A stretch of DNA of 33,262 nucleotides from an uncultured virus (IMG/VR IMGVR_UViG_3300019366_000026) (lineage: Duplodnaviria > Heunggongvirae > Uroviricota > Caudoviricetes), in IMG/VR virus record IMGVR_UViG_3300019366_000026. One strand, given 5' to 3'. The stretch's first letter is position 1; each line of letters opens with the position of its first letter. A model generated the notes under the pieces. That model was not told the DNA's origin, ran no database searches, and saw only the letters and a list, made by a program, of their open reading frames with translations. Position numbers and translations under genes: made by a program. Below, piece after piece: positions 18,185-26,423 of the stretch.

Positions 18185-18631
18185 TCATTCCTGCATATAT
18201 CTAATGATTTTGCCGATGTATACACTATTTTCATCAAGCCACTCTTTCGCTATTAGCCACGAAAGCGATTTCTTGGGATTGAAATTGTCGATTTTGATTG
18301 AGTGATGGGAGAGTTTGCCCTCGGTCGGCTTAAGTCCTTTGTCGTGTAGTTCACACTTGCCTTCGTGAAAGAATGTGCAGTAGCCATTTTCTACGTTGGC
18401 TTGTATCATATACACCGGCTTAGAACATACCCCGGTTATCATTCCTACAGCCCATTCGATAGGCGATAGACGATCCTTGTAACCAGCTTCAATTAACTTC
18501 ACAATGTCTTCAGGTGTACCAAGACAAGGAGTGTGGCATTGCGATTGGCACTTGGCACATTGGCAACATGTGGGCTTACGGCCGGATTTGCGCATTATGT
18601 ACCGAAAAGTTGTTTCTCCAAATCTGCTCAT
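18185..18631 (-). CDS. Cysteine-cluster protein (YkgJ/CxxCxxCC-like)
   Basis: CQCAKCQSQC..PC and CTFF...KCELH..LKP. Confidence 0.7.
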   Translation of the reverse strand: MSRFGETTFRYIMRKSGRKPTCCQCAKCQSQCHTPCLGTPEDIVKLIEAGYKDRLSPIEWAVGMITGVCSKPVYMIQANVENGYCTFFHEGKCELHDKGLKPTEGKLSHHSIKIDNFNPKKSLSWLIAKEWLDENSVYIGKIIRYMQE

Positions 18632-18933
18632 ATTTCTTCAAGTTCTTTCTTTAGTTGTTGGTAATAGGTTTCTCCACGAGATAGGTCTGTTATCACATCT
18701 TTGTACTTGGCACTTTTGCCATTGATGGTGTATTTCAACTTCAGACCACATTTTCGGCCATACAGTTCCAGAATCTTAACCGCCTCTACTGTATTTACGT
18801 TGACCTCGAATTTGGTATCAGGAGTGGAATTGATACGGTCGATCATTCGCTTGGCTGCAACGGCACTGCTGTATGGGTGGGAGGGAGATGTCATTGGGTA
18901 ATCCGTCCCGACATTTACAATTAACTGCTTCAT
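18628..18933 (-). CDS. Hypothetical protein
   Basis: 101 aa, coupled to both neighbours. Confidence 0.65.
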   Translation of the reverse strand: MKQLIVNVGTDYPMTSPSHPYSSAVAAKRMIDRINSTPDTKFEVNVNTVEAVKILELYGRKCGLKLKYTINGKSAKYKDVITDLSRGETYYQQLKKELEEI

Positions 18934-19692
18934 TCAATCAAATAAAGAATATTGAATTGGTTCTTGGGGTTTCTTGGGTTGAATGACGGCGGCTGGAGTC
19001 TTCACCTCAGCAGATTCAACCTCAATTTGCTTCATCATAGCCATACCGGAGCGATATGAGAATGATTCCTCTTTCTTCATTGCCCTTGCACTTGGGATAC
19101 CAATTATGTTCAAGGTTTCATTGATTTTCCATCCCTCGCGATAATCGGTGGGATCGAGGCTGTTGCCACAGACAACCTCACCTCGGACTCCATGTATTAT
19201 GAAATTACATACAGTCATTAAACAGCAGATTCTATCCATGTCTTGGGCACAGCAATAGTTTCCGGGATGTAGTACATGAGAGGCCAACAACATTCTTCCG
19301 CTGCCACAGCAACAATCCATTACTGACTCACCTCCATTCTCTCCAGGATCAGTTATTTTAGCCATGAAATCACAAATGTGCTTAGGGGTAAAGAATTGTC
19401 CCGTCCATTGTTTTTTCATTGTTCCTGAAAGGTAACTCATATATACATCTCCGAGAATATCATACCACTCTTTGGTTTTCAGCACTTCGTTCATTGTCGT
19501 TACCCATGCGCTGAATAATTCCATACACGCCGTGCTTTCATCTAAGGTAAATGGCCTATCTAATTTTGAGAAAGTTACATCGAATCCGGCAATGACATAC
19601 TCCATAAACCTCTCAAATAGAGTATAGGGTTCTAATCTGGTGCGGTACTTTTCAAAGACCGCAATCAGTGGTTTTGTAGGGTCTTGAATCAT
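18934..19692 (-). CDS. N6-adenine DNA methylase-like protein lacking a visible NPPY/F motif
   Basis: DILGDVY, GQFFTP, MDCCCGSGRMLL, GNSL; no motif IV afterwards. Confidence 0.8.
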   Translation of the reverse strand: MIQDPTKPLIAVFEKYRTRLEPYTLFERFMEYVIAGFDVTFSKLDRPFTLDESTACMELFSAWVTTMNEVLKTKEWYDILGDVYMSYLSGTMKKQWTGQFFTPKHICDFMAKITDPGENGGESVMDCCCGSGRMLLASHVLHPGNYCCAQDMDRICCLMTVCNFIIHGVRGEVVCGNSLDPTDYREGWKINETLNIIGIPSARAMKKEESFSYRSGMAMMKQIEVESAEVKTPAAVIQPKKPQEPIQYSLFD

Positions 19693-20447
19693 AATTTGAT
19701 AGGATTTACATTCATAGTGTTAAGATTTACAAACGCCCCTTGGTAGTCAATGGAACTATTGTAGATAAGTTTCCAGAGAAGATCGCAGCCGACCTGTGCC
19801 AAGAAAGAGTTGATGAATAAATCCTGCTTTCTCAAGGCCTCCGCCAATGAGCAACTCGGGCCACTATCTTCGTCTTTTACGGAAGTGAGGTCAAACATTT
19901 CATCGACACACTTCAATGCCGGTTCAGTTTTAGTTTTGCGACTTTTGGGCTGCTTCACTTTCCCGATGGTTCCTAAAACTACCTGCCCTCGGTCAAGCTG
20001 ATTTCCGAAATCGAGCCAATAAATAGCCTTGGTATCATCGATTCCTGATGCTTGTTTACGAAGCCATTTGCCTATGGTAATGCGCGAGGCAACATTATCA
20101 ACGCAGGTGATGGTAATGTTGGCTATACTGTTTTTTTCCCCATATCGCTCCTGCACAGCCTCCCAATCAACACCAAAGAAAGTGTTGATTCTTGTAACAA
20201 GAACATTCGCTTTATTTTGCCCTATGTCGGCGCCACGGAATAGTTGGCGGCCTATGTTTGCATCAGTAACAACATCATCGTCATAGACCCGTACATAAAG
20301 TCCAGGGTGGCCGAGCTTGTATAGTGCGTAGTCCATTCGGGCAAGTGCACTAAGAACCTGACTACCCGTACCTCCGGCTCCGACTAAGTTTACTGTAACC
20401 CTATGGCTGGGGTTTAAGATATATTCGTGGGTAAAATGCGTTTTCAT
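19689..20447 (-). CDS. PRTRC system ThiF/E1-like protein
   Basis: LVGAGGTGS, D.D.V...NIGRQLF, NKA, CVDN, YWLDFGN, GPSCSLAEAL.KQDLFIN. Confidence 0.92.
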   Translation of the reverse strand: MKTHFTHEYILNPSHRVTVNLVGAGGTGSQVLSALARMDYALYKLGHPGLYVRVYDDDVVTDANIGRQLFRGADIGQNKANVLVTRINTFFGVDWEAVQERYGEKNSIANITITCVDNVASRITIGKWLRKQASGIDDTKAIYWLDFGNQLDRGQVVLGTIGKVKQPKSRKTKTEPALKCVDEMFDLTSVKDEDSGPSCSLAEALRKQDLFINSFLAQVGCDLLWKLIYNSSIDYQGAFVNLNTMNVNPIKL

Positions 20448-21139
20448 TTTAGTATTTGTTGGAGAGTCGTTTTGTGCGGGTTTAATTTATTCGTTGGAAA
20501 GGGTTCCCCGGTTTTGATGCAATGCTTCGTGATGACAGCAAGGTTTCCATCAATAGGAGTGCTGCCAATGAGATGTGAGAACTCTGAATTCCAAAATAGA
20601 TTTTCCCAATATTCTATGGCTTCAATGTATGTCAGTCTTGATGGCTTCTTCGCTCTTGCAGAACCGAGGCAAACTTTACCGTCACCGTAAACATTGAAGA
20701 ATGGTGCGTGGTACAGACGATTGGTCGGATGCTTGCCTTTGAAAGCAAATACTGATAGTACATTTCCATCTGCAATATATACGAGGCCCGGCATGAGCAT
20801 ATCCCCTTCAGGAATACCAAGGCTTTCCACAAAGAACAGATGTCGCTTCTGAGGTGGGTTGTACCAGACCATCTTTGTCTTGCCCGTGGTCGTATCAGCA
20901 TAGAGTAATGTCTTGGGGATAACTCCATGAAATCCCTTTTCGATCTCATCGTTGTCTTCTGCAAGAGCACTAATGATATTAGTGATACAGGATTTAGACA
21001 AGGGGCTTCCTGCTCCCATCTTTCCATTTTCTATTCCTCGCTGCTCAAGATAGACACTTCGGTCTGTATCGCATCGATACACTATAATCGCCATTTCAGG
21101 GATATAGGAGCTTGATAATTTTTCAGATAATCCGTTCAT
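20444..21139 (-). CDS. PRTRC system protein B (E2-like)
   Basis: MVWYNPPQKR.LFF, PGLVY, LYHAPFFNV...G.VCLGS, FWNSEFSH. Confidence 0.88.
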   Translation of the reverse strand: MNGLSEKLSSSYIPEMAIIVYRCDTDRSVYLEQRGIENGKMGAGSPLSKSCITNIISALAEDNDEIEKGFHGVIPKTLLYADTTTGKTKMVWYNPPQKRHLFFVESLGIPEGDMLMPGLVYIADGNVLSVFAFKGKHPTNRLYHAPFFNVYGDGKVCLGSARAKKPSRLTYIEAIEYWENLFWNSEFSHLIGSTPIDGNLAVITKHCIKTGEPFPTNKLNPHKTTLQQILK

Positions 21140-22299
21140 ATTTTATCTATCGCAGTTCTGAGATTGTTAAACCATTCACACCAACGAACTGTGAATTTGG
21201 CTGTTTGTAGTTCTTTTTTCACTTGCTCATCAATAATTTGACTATCATATAATCCTTGGATTTCAAGAGAGCCGCCATCGCTATTCAAGGATTCTTCAGC
21301 TCGTTCTGCGATGGGATCAAAGATGTCATAAACTACAGCGAAGAGTCTTTCAAAGTCAATAATGTTGTCATTGTTGGCATAATCTTCAAGCGTGCAAGAA
21401 TCTGGCGTTCTTAGGTAGTTACCGATATTGTCTGTCTGGTGGAGTTCGATGCCATTCTTAATTTCTTTCAATACTTGCCATATGGAGCTATCGATATTGT
21501 ACTCGGTTAAGGCTGCATCCAATTCTTTCCTCATCTTAGGAATATCGGTAGGACATCCACTAACTTCCTTTATGAGTTCATATATTGCGCCCTCATTATA
21601 GGACTCCATCGTTTCGCGATAAATCGTAGCGTACTCATCATCACCTTCACTTGCCAATATGTCATCTATCATTTCAACACCCCAATCGCCAAGAGCAATG
21701 GATATATCCATATGCTCAGATGGTGCATTAAGTCCACATACGCAGATTAGATAGCCAAGACAATCGGACACAAGTGGCTTTAGTCTGTCTGGCAACTTTT
21801 GATAAAATCTTACAGGAAGAAAGAATAGGGTATAATATTCAAATGAGCACAGTTCATATTCTACGAAAACGAGCCTATTCGAGTTATGATCATAGTCAAT
21901 GGATATTTCGCGATTGTCAGGTTTACAATTTTGCAACAACTCGAAGAGTTTACATAAATCATGCTTGGGGTTTCCACTTGGCTCATAGGCAAATGAACGC
22001 TCATGCACCAAGCAATATTTTTGAACACCTTTCTGCAAATACTGGATATTCTCCCGTGCGTCAATCTCAATATCTTCAGGAAGATGCCAAATTATTTGAT
22101 TCCCATTAGTTGACTGCCCGAAAGCAGCATTACTCTCGGGCAGATCAACGACAGGTATGGCATTTAGACATTCACTCAAAAAGGCGTATTGGTTGCTTTC
22201 TTGGGGAGCAAAACATCTTCTCTCTCTTGGATGCGCCTTGACTTTAGCCGTTCGCGTTCGTTGAGGAGAATTTTTCCGATTTTTGTGAGTAGTTGCCAT
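21136..22299 (-). CDS. Probable PRTRC-associated protein (protein F position)
   Basis: 387 aa acidic ORF between PRTRC C and B; assignment by synteny. Confidence 0.55.
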   Translation of the reverse strand: MATTHKNRKNSPQRTRTAKVKAHPRERRCFAPQESNQYAFLSECLNAIPVVDLPESNAAFGQSTNGNQIIWHLPEDIEIDARENIQYLQKGVQKYCLVHERSFAYEPSGNPKHDLCKLFELLQNCKPDNREISIDYDHNSNRLVFVEYELCSFEYYTLFFLPVRFYQKLPDRLKPLVSDCLGYLICVCGLNAPSEHMDISIALGDWGVEMIDDILASEGDDEYATIYRETMESYNEGAIYELIKEVSGCPTDIPKMRKELDAALTEYNIDSSIWQVLKEIKNGIELHQTDNIGNYLRTPDSCTLEDYANNDNIIDFERLFAVVYDIFDPIAERAEESLNSDGGSLEIQGLYDSQIIDEQVKKELQTAKFTVRWCEWFNNLRTAIDKI

Positions 22300-22327
22300 T
22301 CTTCTTTACTTTTTATGGGCGATGCGC

Positions 22328-22537
22328 TCATCCCTTGGTACCTACAGTGGTTTTGAACTCATACACGGCCTTGTCGTTCTCAATCTTGGGACCGAACACG
22401 TTTGAGGTTGTGAGTTCAGGATACTGGTTGGAGTAGTAGGCCATAACTTCTTCCGGGGAGAGTTGGGGATTCGGGTCTGTGAGTGTCTGATTCTTGTGCT
22501 TGAACACTCGCGGGTATTTAGTTGTATTCAGTGCCAT
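22328..22537 (-). CDS. PRTRC system protein C (ubiquitin-like)
   Basis: RVF..LTDPNP.LSPEEV..YYS.QYPELTT..YEF.TTVGTKG with a C-terminal Gly. Confidence 0.92.
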   Translation of the reverse strand: MALNTTKYPRVFKHKNQTLTDPNPQLSPEEVMAYYSNQYPELTTSNVFGPKIENDKAVYEFKTTVGTKG

Positions 22538-22540
22538 GGC

Positions 22541-23164
22541 TTATTCCTCCCCGTCGTTATCGTCGTTGTCTTCGGCATCTTCATTCACGGGTGCGGCTTG
22601 TTTCTTACCCTTTGCCTGAGTAAGTGTCACGTTCTTGCCGTCAGACTTATCATCGGCTGGGCCAAAGAGTGCGCCGGCACCTGAAGTCTCGTTGATTTTA
22701 CGCTCAAGGGCGTCTAGCACGGGCCATTCAGCATCGGTTGCTACTTTGCAGGCTGACTCTACGCATTTGAGAGCGTCGCGATATTTCTGCTCTTTGAGGT
22801 TGGTTTCAGCGAGTGCAACATAGCCGTTGTACTGCTCCTTGCGAGTCTTTTCGGCCGCCTTGCGTTCTTCTTCCATTTTGGACTTGGCCTTGGCTTCTTC
22901 TGCGGCTCTCTCATATGCGGCCATATCCACCAGGAGGCCCGTTGTCTTTTTGATTGGCTCTGCGATGGCCGAGACAAAACCCTCATCGAGTTCTTCCGGA
23001 GTGCCGGAGATATTGAGGGGGACTATGCTGTTCTTGGCGGCGTCTTTTACAAGATCGTTACCGGGGAGAACTCCGACGGTCATAATGCCGTCCTTCTGCG
23101 CGATTGTGATGGTTGCAGTGCAACCGTTTCCGAGAACATCGGAAAGAGTTGTGAATAAATTCAT
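22541..23164 (-). CDS. PRTRC system protein E
   Basis: MNLFT.L..VLP..KDAAK..IVPL.ISGTPEELDEGF..AI..P. Confidence 0.88.
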   Translation of the reverse strand: MNLFTTLSDVLGNGCTATITIAQKDGIMTVGVLPGNDLVKDAAKNSIVPLNISGTPEELDEGFVSAIAEPIKKTTGLLVDMAAYERAAEEAKAKSKMEEERKAAEKTRKEQYNGYVALAETNLKEQKYRDALKCVESACKVATDAEWPVLDALERKINETSGAGALFGPADDKSDGKNVTLTQAKGKKQAAPVNEDAEDNDDNDGEE

Positions 23165-23181
23165 TGGTTAAGAAATTTAGT

Positions 23182-23457
23182 TTATTTTGAGTCTTTGAGC
23201 TTCTCTACAAGAGAATCAGCAAAATCTACAGCCATATTAACTGCACTTATGCATATTTGTTGACAGGTCTTTTCTGCTTCGCCAACTTTAGTAGATGACG
23301 AAGCCATTTTGAATTGTTCGACCACTGTTGGCATAAGTGCGACGATACAATCTTTGGCTATTTCGTAACGGCGCTGATCCCAATCCACATTGGTTCTGGT
23401 ATTTGCCCGGAAGTATGCCCCTGCGGCTTCCATCGTTTGTTTCTCTAATACAGTCAT
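23182..23457 (-). CDS. Hypothetical phage protein
   Basis: VDWDQRRYEIAKD..AV..ADSL..L motif. Confidence 0.7.
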   Translation of the reverse strand: MTVLEKQTMEAAGAYFRANTRTNVDWDQRRYEIAKDCIVALMPTVVEQFKMASSSTKVGEAEKTCQQICISAVNMAVDFADSLVEKLKDSK

Positions 23458-23464
23458 AACGCTG

Positions 23465-23764
23465 TCAGATGAGATTTGCTACGGAGAATGAACGGAAGCC
23501 TTTCTTCTCGATGTCGAAGTAATACATCGCTGCACCATTGAACGCTATTAGTTTGTCAATGACCATGTTCTTGAGCGTACCCACAGCCTCGCGGATTTCT
23601 CCATTGCACTTGCGATAGCAAAATTTGACTTCTCCACTGGCGAGGGCAACTTGGAGTTTTGCTGCTTTCCACGCCATTTTCAGTGCTTCACTGAATGAAG
23701 TTGCCTTTTTGCCGGTGTAGATGGCATTGGCTACTTTGAAGAGGGCTGATTTGTCTATTTTCAT
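23465..23764 (-). CDS. SH3 beta-barrel / WYL_2 (DUF2693)-like protein
   Basis: From MKIDK (ATG 23764): SEALK.AW, VKF.YRK.NGEIREA.GTL, YFDIEK.GFRSF. Confidence 0.8.
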   Translation of the reverse strand: MKIDKSALFKVANAIYTGKKATSFSEALKMAWKAAKLQVALASGEVKFCYRKCNGEIREAVGTLKNMVIDKLIAFNGAAMYYFDIEKKGFRSFSVANLI

Positions 23765-23786
23765 CTTGTTTCGTTTTTGATTAAAC

Positions 23787-23865
23787 ATCTTATTTGCATA
23801 TACAAAAGTAATCAAAAATAATCATATCTGCAAATTATAGAGCGATTATTTTAATCATATTCGCA
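23787..23865 (-). promoter_or_regulatory. Promoter of the WYL_2-PRTRC operon with three boxes
   Basis: Minus strand: TTTG (23831-23834), 20-nt spacer, TACTTTTG (23803-23810); boxes at 23787, 23821 and 23854. Confidence 0.78.
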
Positions 23866-23871
23866 AGATTT

Positions 23872-24651
23872 TTAGCCATTATTATCATTGGGGTTATTTT
23901 CCCCGCTCTTAAGTCTTTCTCGTTCCTCGATTTCCTTAGCCATCTTTGCGAAATAGGGAACTTCACGAGTCTTAGCACGTTCTTCCTCGGATTTGCTCAA
24001 ATACCAATCCTCAAATGAGATACTGTTCTTCTTGCTTTCCTCATATTCTCGCTCACGGGCTATTCTCTCTTTTTCCTCATAGGCACGATTTATTTCTCTG
24101 CGTCTGTCATCACAGAAAGCATCAAGTGATTTCAGTATTCTCATTGGGTCAATCGAACCATAGAAATCTTCGTACTTGCCGGAACGTAATCGGGCGCAGA
24201 ATAAAATAAACTCAAAGAGATTCAAATATCCATACTCAAGGCGTATCTGTATTGCGAGTTCGTCTAATTGAAAATCTGTCAATTTTGCCTTGGCACCTGC
24301 AAATTCATTTACGGCCAATAACTGCTGTTGCACCCACTTCACGGCCACATCTTCATCATAGGCTTGCGCAACATGAACAATGGCCGGTATTTTAGTCGCT
24401 TCGTGGGCTTGCAGAATTGTAGGAAATGCCGACATTACTGCTGATTGTAATTGGGGCGAATATGCCTCACTCATCTGCGACGGCAGGAAGTTCTGTGTAA
24501 GGTACGTCACTAACGGATTGGCGACGCGCAAGGAATCTGCGGTCTGCCTCTGCGATATCTGCGAGGATAGTATTCCTTTGACGATCGCTGTCAGAGAGGT
24601 CGGCTCCGACACTGGCTCGCCCGGCTTGCGCCGTCTTATTATATCTGACAT
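23872..24651 (-). CDS. Replication-associated protein (DUF6633-like); start uncertain (24651 or 24474)
   Basis: EYGYLNLFEFILFC.RLRSGKY..FYGSIDP..I..L..F; directly follows the initiator gene. Confidence 0.65.
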   Translation of the reverse strand: MSDIIRRRKPGEPVSEPTSLTAIVKGILSSQISQRQTADSLRVANPLVTYLTQNFLPSQMSEAYSPQLQSAVMSAFPTILQAHEATKIPAIVHVAQAYDEDVAVKWVQQQLLAVNEFAGAKAKLTDFQLDELAIQIRLEYGYLNLFEFILFCARLRSGKYEDFYGSIDPMRILKSLDAFCDDRRREINRAYEEKERIAREREYEESKKNSISFEDWYLSKSEEERAKTREVPYFAKMAKEIEERERLKSGENNPNDNNG

Positions 24652-25537
24652 TTGGAGTAAGAGATTTTGAACGGTTTCTAATTTCTGAAACTATATTGTT
24701 GTATTGACTGCTGATGTTTGTCACCGAGAAATTGTCTCTCAACCACGCTTTCTCTATGCTTGATAGAAATTTTGTTAAGGCATCGAGGACAGAATCATCA
24801 TCTATTGGGAGCGGCACCGTCCTATGCTCACGACTGTAAGAGATTTTTTGAAGAAGCTTTTTCATGGCCACGGCATCTTTGGCTTCCCAATAGTATGCAC
24901 TCTCATATTCCTGCTCATAATATGCTTCAAAAATTTCTCTTGCCCTCGTTACAATTTTGGGCGGATCTTTTTTCTTGGGAGTGGATTTTTTCTTAGGCTT
25001 CTCTGGCTTGGGTATTTCAGGCTCTACCTCCTTCTTTTTGACAACCTTTTTTCTTGCCTTTTTAACAACGCCGTCCGCGTCAGCGGTCGGCACTTCTACG
25101 TCAGTAGAAGTAGTCTTAATGTCTATATTATATAATAAGGTGTCAGTGTTAACCTCGTTTACACTGCTGTTAACCACGTTTACACTACCGCTCTTTTTGG
25201 TGGGTTTGCAGTGTAAATCTCGTTTACACTCAGTGTTAACCACGTTTACACTGGAAAGGGTGTATTTTGAGGCGGCATTACCATTTTTACCCTCCTCATA
25301 TTGTATCAATCCGAGGGCTTCCAATTCCTTTCGGGCCTTACATATTGTCGGACGTGAAACGCCTAATATATGCTCTATGTGGCGAGTTTCGACATAAAAC
25401 GGATTCTCCCAACGGCCAATGTTGCACTCTTCCACAAGCATAAAGTACAAATCGGCTGCGTAGCTTGAGATACGCATCGTTTGCCTGAGCTTATGGAAAG
25501 CGCGGATAATACTGATATATGACCGTGCAGATGCCAT
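24467..25537 (-). CDS. Putative phage replication initiator
   Basis: N-terminal winged-HTH pattern (LYFMLV..CN..W..LGVSRPTI.KAR.EL...GLI.Y); internal iteron cluster; Lys-rich linker. Confidence 0.78.
   Translation of the reverse strand: MASARSYISIIRAFHKLRQTMRISSYAADLYFMLVEECNIGRWENPFYVETRHIEHILGVSRPTICKARKELEALGLIQYEEGKNGNAASKYTLSSVNVVNTECKRDLHCKPTKKSGSVNVVNSSVNEVNTDTLLYNIDIKTTSTDVEVPTADADGVVKKARKKVVKKKEVEPEIPKPEKPKKKSTPKKKDPPKIVTRAREIFEAYYEQEYESAYYWEAKDAVAMKKLLQKISYSREHRTVPLPIDDDSVLDALTKFLSSIEKAWLRDNFSVTNISSQYNNIVSEIRNRSKSLTPNVRYNKTAQAGRASVGADLSDSDRQRNTILADIAEADRRFLARRQSVSDVPYTELPAVADE
25147..25252 (+). repeat. Four 19-bp iterons (probable replication origin)
   Basis: TGTTAACCTCGTTTACACT at 25147, TGTTAACCACGTTTACACT at 25168 and 25234, TGTAAATCTCGTTTACACT at 25212. 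Confidence 0.85.
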
Positions 25538-25538
25538 T

Positions 25539-25994
25539 TTATTGAGCGAGATAACGGTTTATGGTTACCATAAACTCATCAAGGGATTTACATACTACAT
25601 ACTTGTTACCGTGGCGCTCGATATTCTTCTGCCAAGTTCTCTGCTCCGGTTGCTGGTAACAACCGGGGCGTTTCATTTCAATGTAGAGTGCCCCATAACC
25701 ATGCCGGGGGATTGCCAGACATAAGTCTGCCACGCCTTTCACTATTCCCTCTCGCTTTATACGGCCGCCTTGCCCTCCAAGGCGTATCCCTTCGTTGGCT
25801 ATATGAAATAGCACACCATCTTCCCACAATGCTCTATGCTGCATTTGGAACCACTTGATACATGATTGCTGTATTTGGCTTTCGGTGGGACCCTCAGACG
25901 GATCTCTCTTTGGACGCTTTACAGTCTTGGGGTCGCGCCCCTCACGGATTGCCTGAAGAACACGCATATTATATGAATCTTTCCTTGTTGCCAT
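25539..25994 (-). CDS. VRR-NUC domain nuclease
   Basis: ESQIQ..CI.WF, FHIANEG, GVADL, LYIEMK..Q. Confidence 0.9.
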   Translation of the reverse strand: MATRKDSYNMRVLQAIREGRDPKTVKRPKRDPSEGPTESQIQQSCIKWFQMQHRALWEDGVLFHIANEGIRLGGQGGRIKREGIVKGVADLCLAIPRHGYGALYIEMKRPGCYQQPEQRTWQKNIERHGNKYVVCKSLDEFMVTINRYLAQ

Positions 25995-26012
25995 TGGATG
26001 TGATGTATTAGT

Positions 26013-26423
26013 TCATAGAAGTTGAGGACGTCCATAACTTACCAATTCAAGTCCAAGTGCAGTCATAACACGCTCCAAAGACTCTAATTCAAGCAAGCGA
26101 CGTCCTTTGAGGAAGAGAGAAAGTGATGATTCATTTACGCTGCAAAGGGAGGATAACTCACGCAATTTTAGTCCGCGCTCTGAAATCCTATCCGCCACAG
26201 CAAGGTATATTTCTGCCGGAGGATATTTGCCGACTACGTATCGAGCATCGCCGACAGTCAAGCCGAGTATCTCCAACAGTGCGGTTAATTTACGCATAGA
26301 GAATGACCTCGTACCGCAGAGGAAAGAACTTAGGTTTTGTTCCCTCATTCCGGCATAAGAACATATCTCTCTTTGCGATAGTCCAAGATCCGCTATTCTA
26401 TTCTTGATTGCCTCTCGTATCAT
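26013..26423 (-). CDS. Tandem double XRE-HTH protein
   Basis: From MIREA (ATG 26423): two HTH units (..EQNLSSFLCGTR.. and ..NESSLSLFLKGRR..). Confidence 0.8.
   Translation of the reverse strand: MIREAIKNRIADLGLSQREICSYAGMREQNLSSFLCGTRSFSMRKLTALLEILGLTVGDARYVVGKYPPAEIYLAVADRISERGLKLRELSSLCSVNESSLSLFLKGRRLLELESLERVMTALGLELVSYGRPQLL

Noticed and set aside
25147..25252. CRISPR array or DGR repeat
   Set aside because: The repeats are nearly adjacent with no unique spacers, lie in frame within a gene, and no cas or reverse transcriptase gene is present
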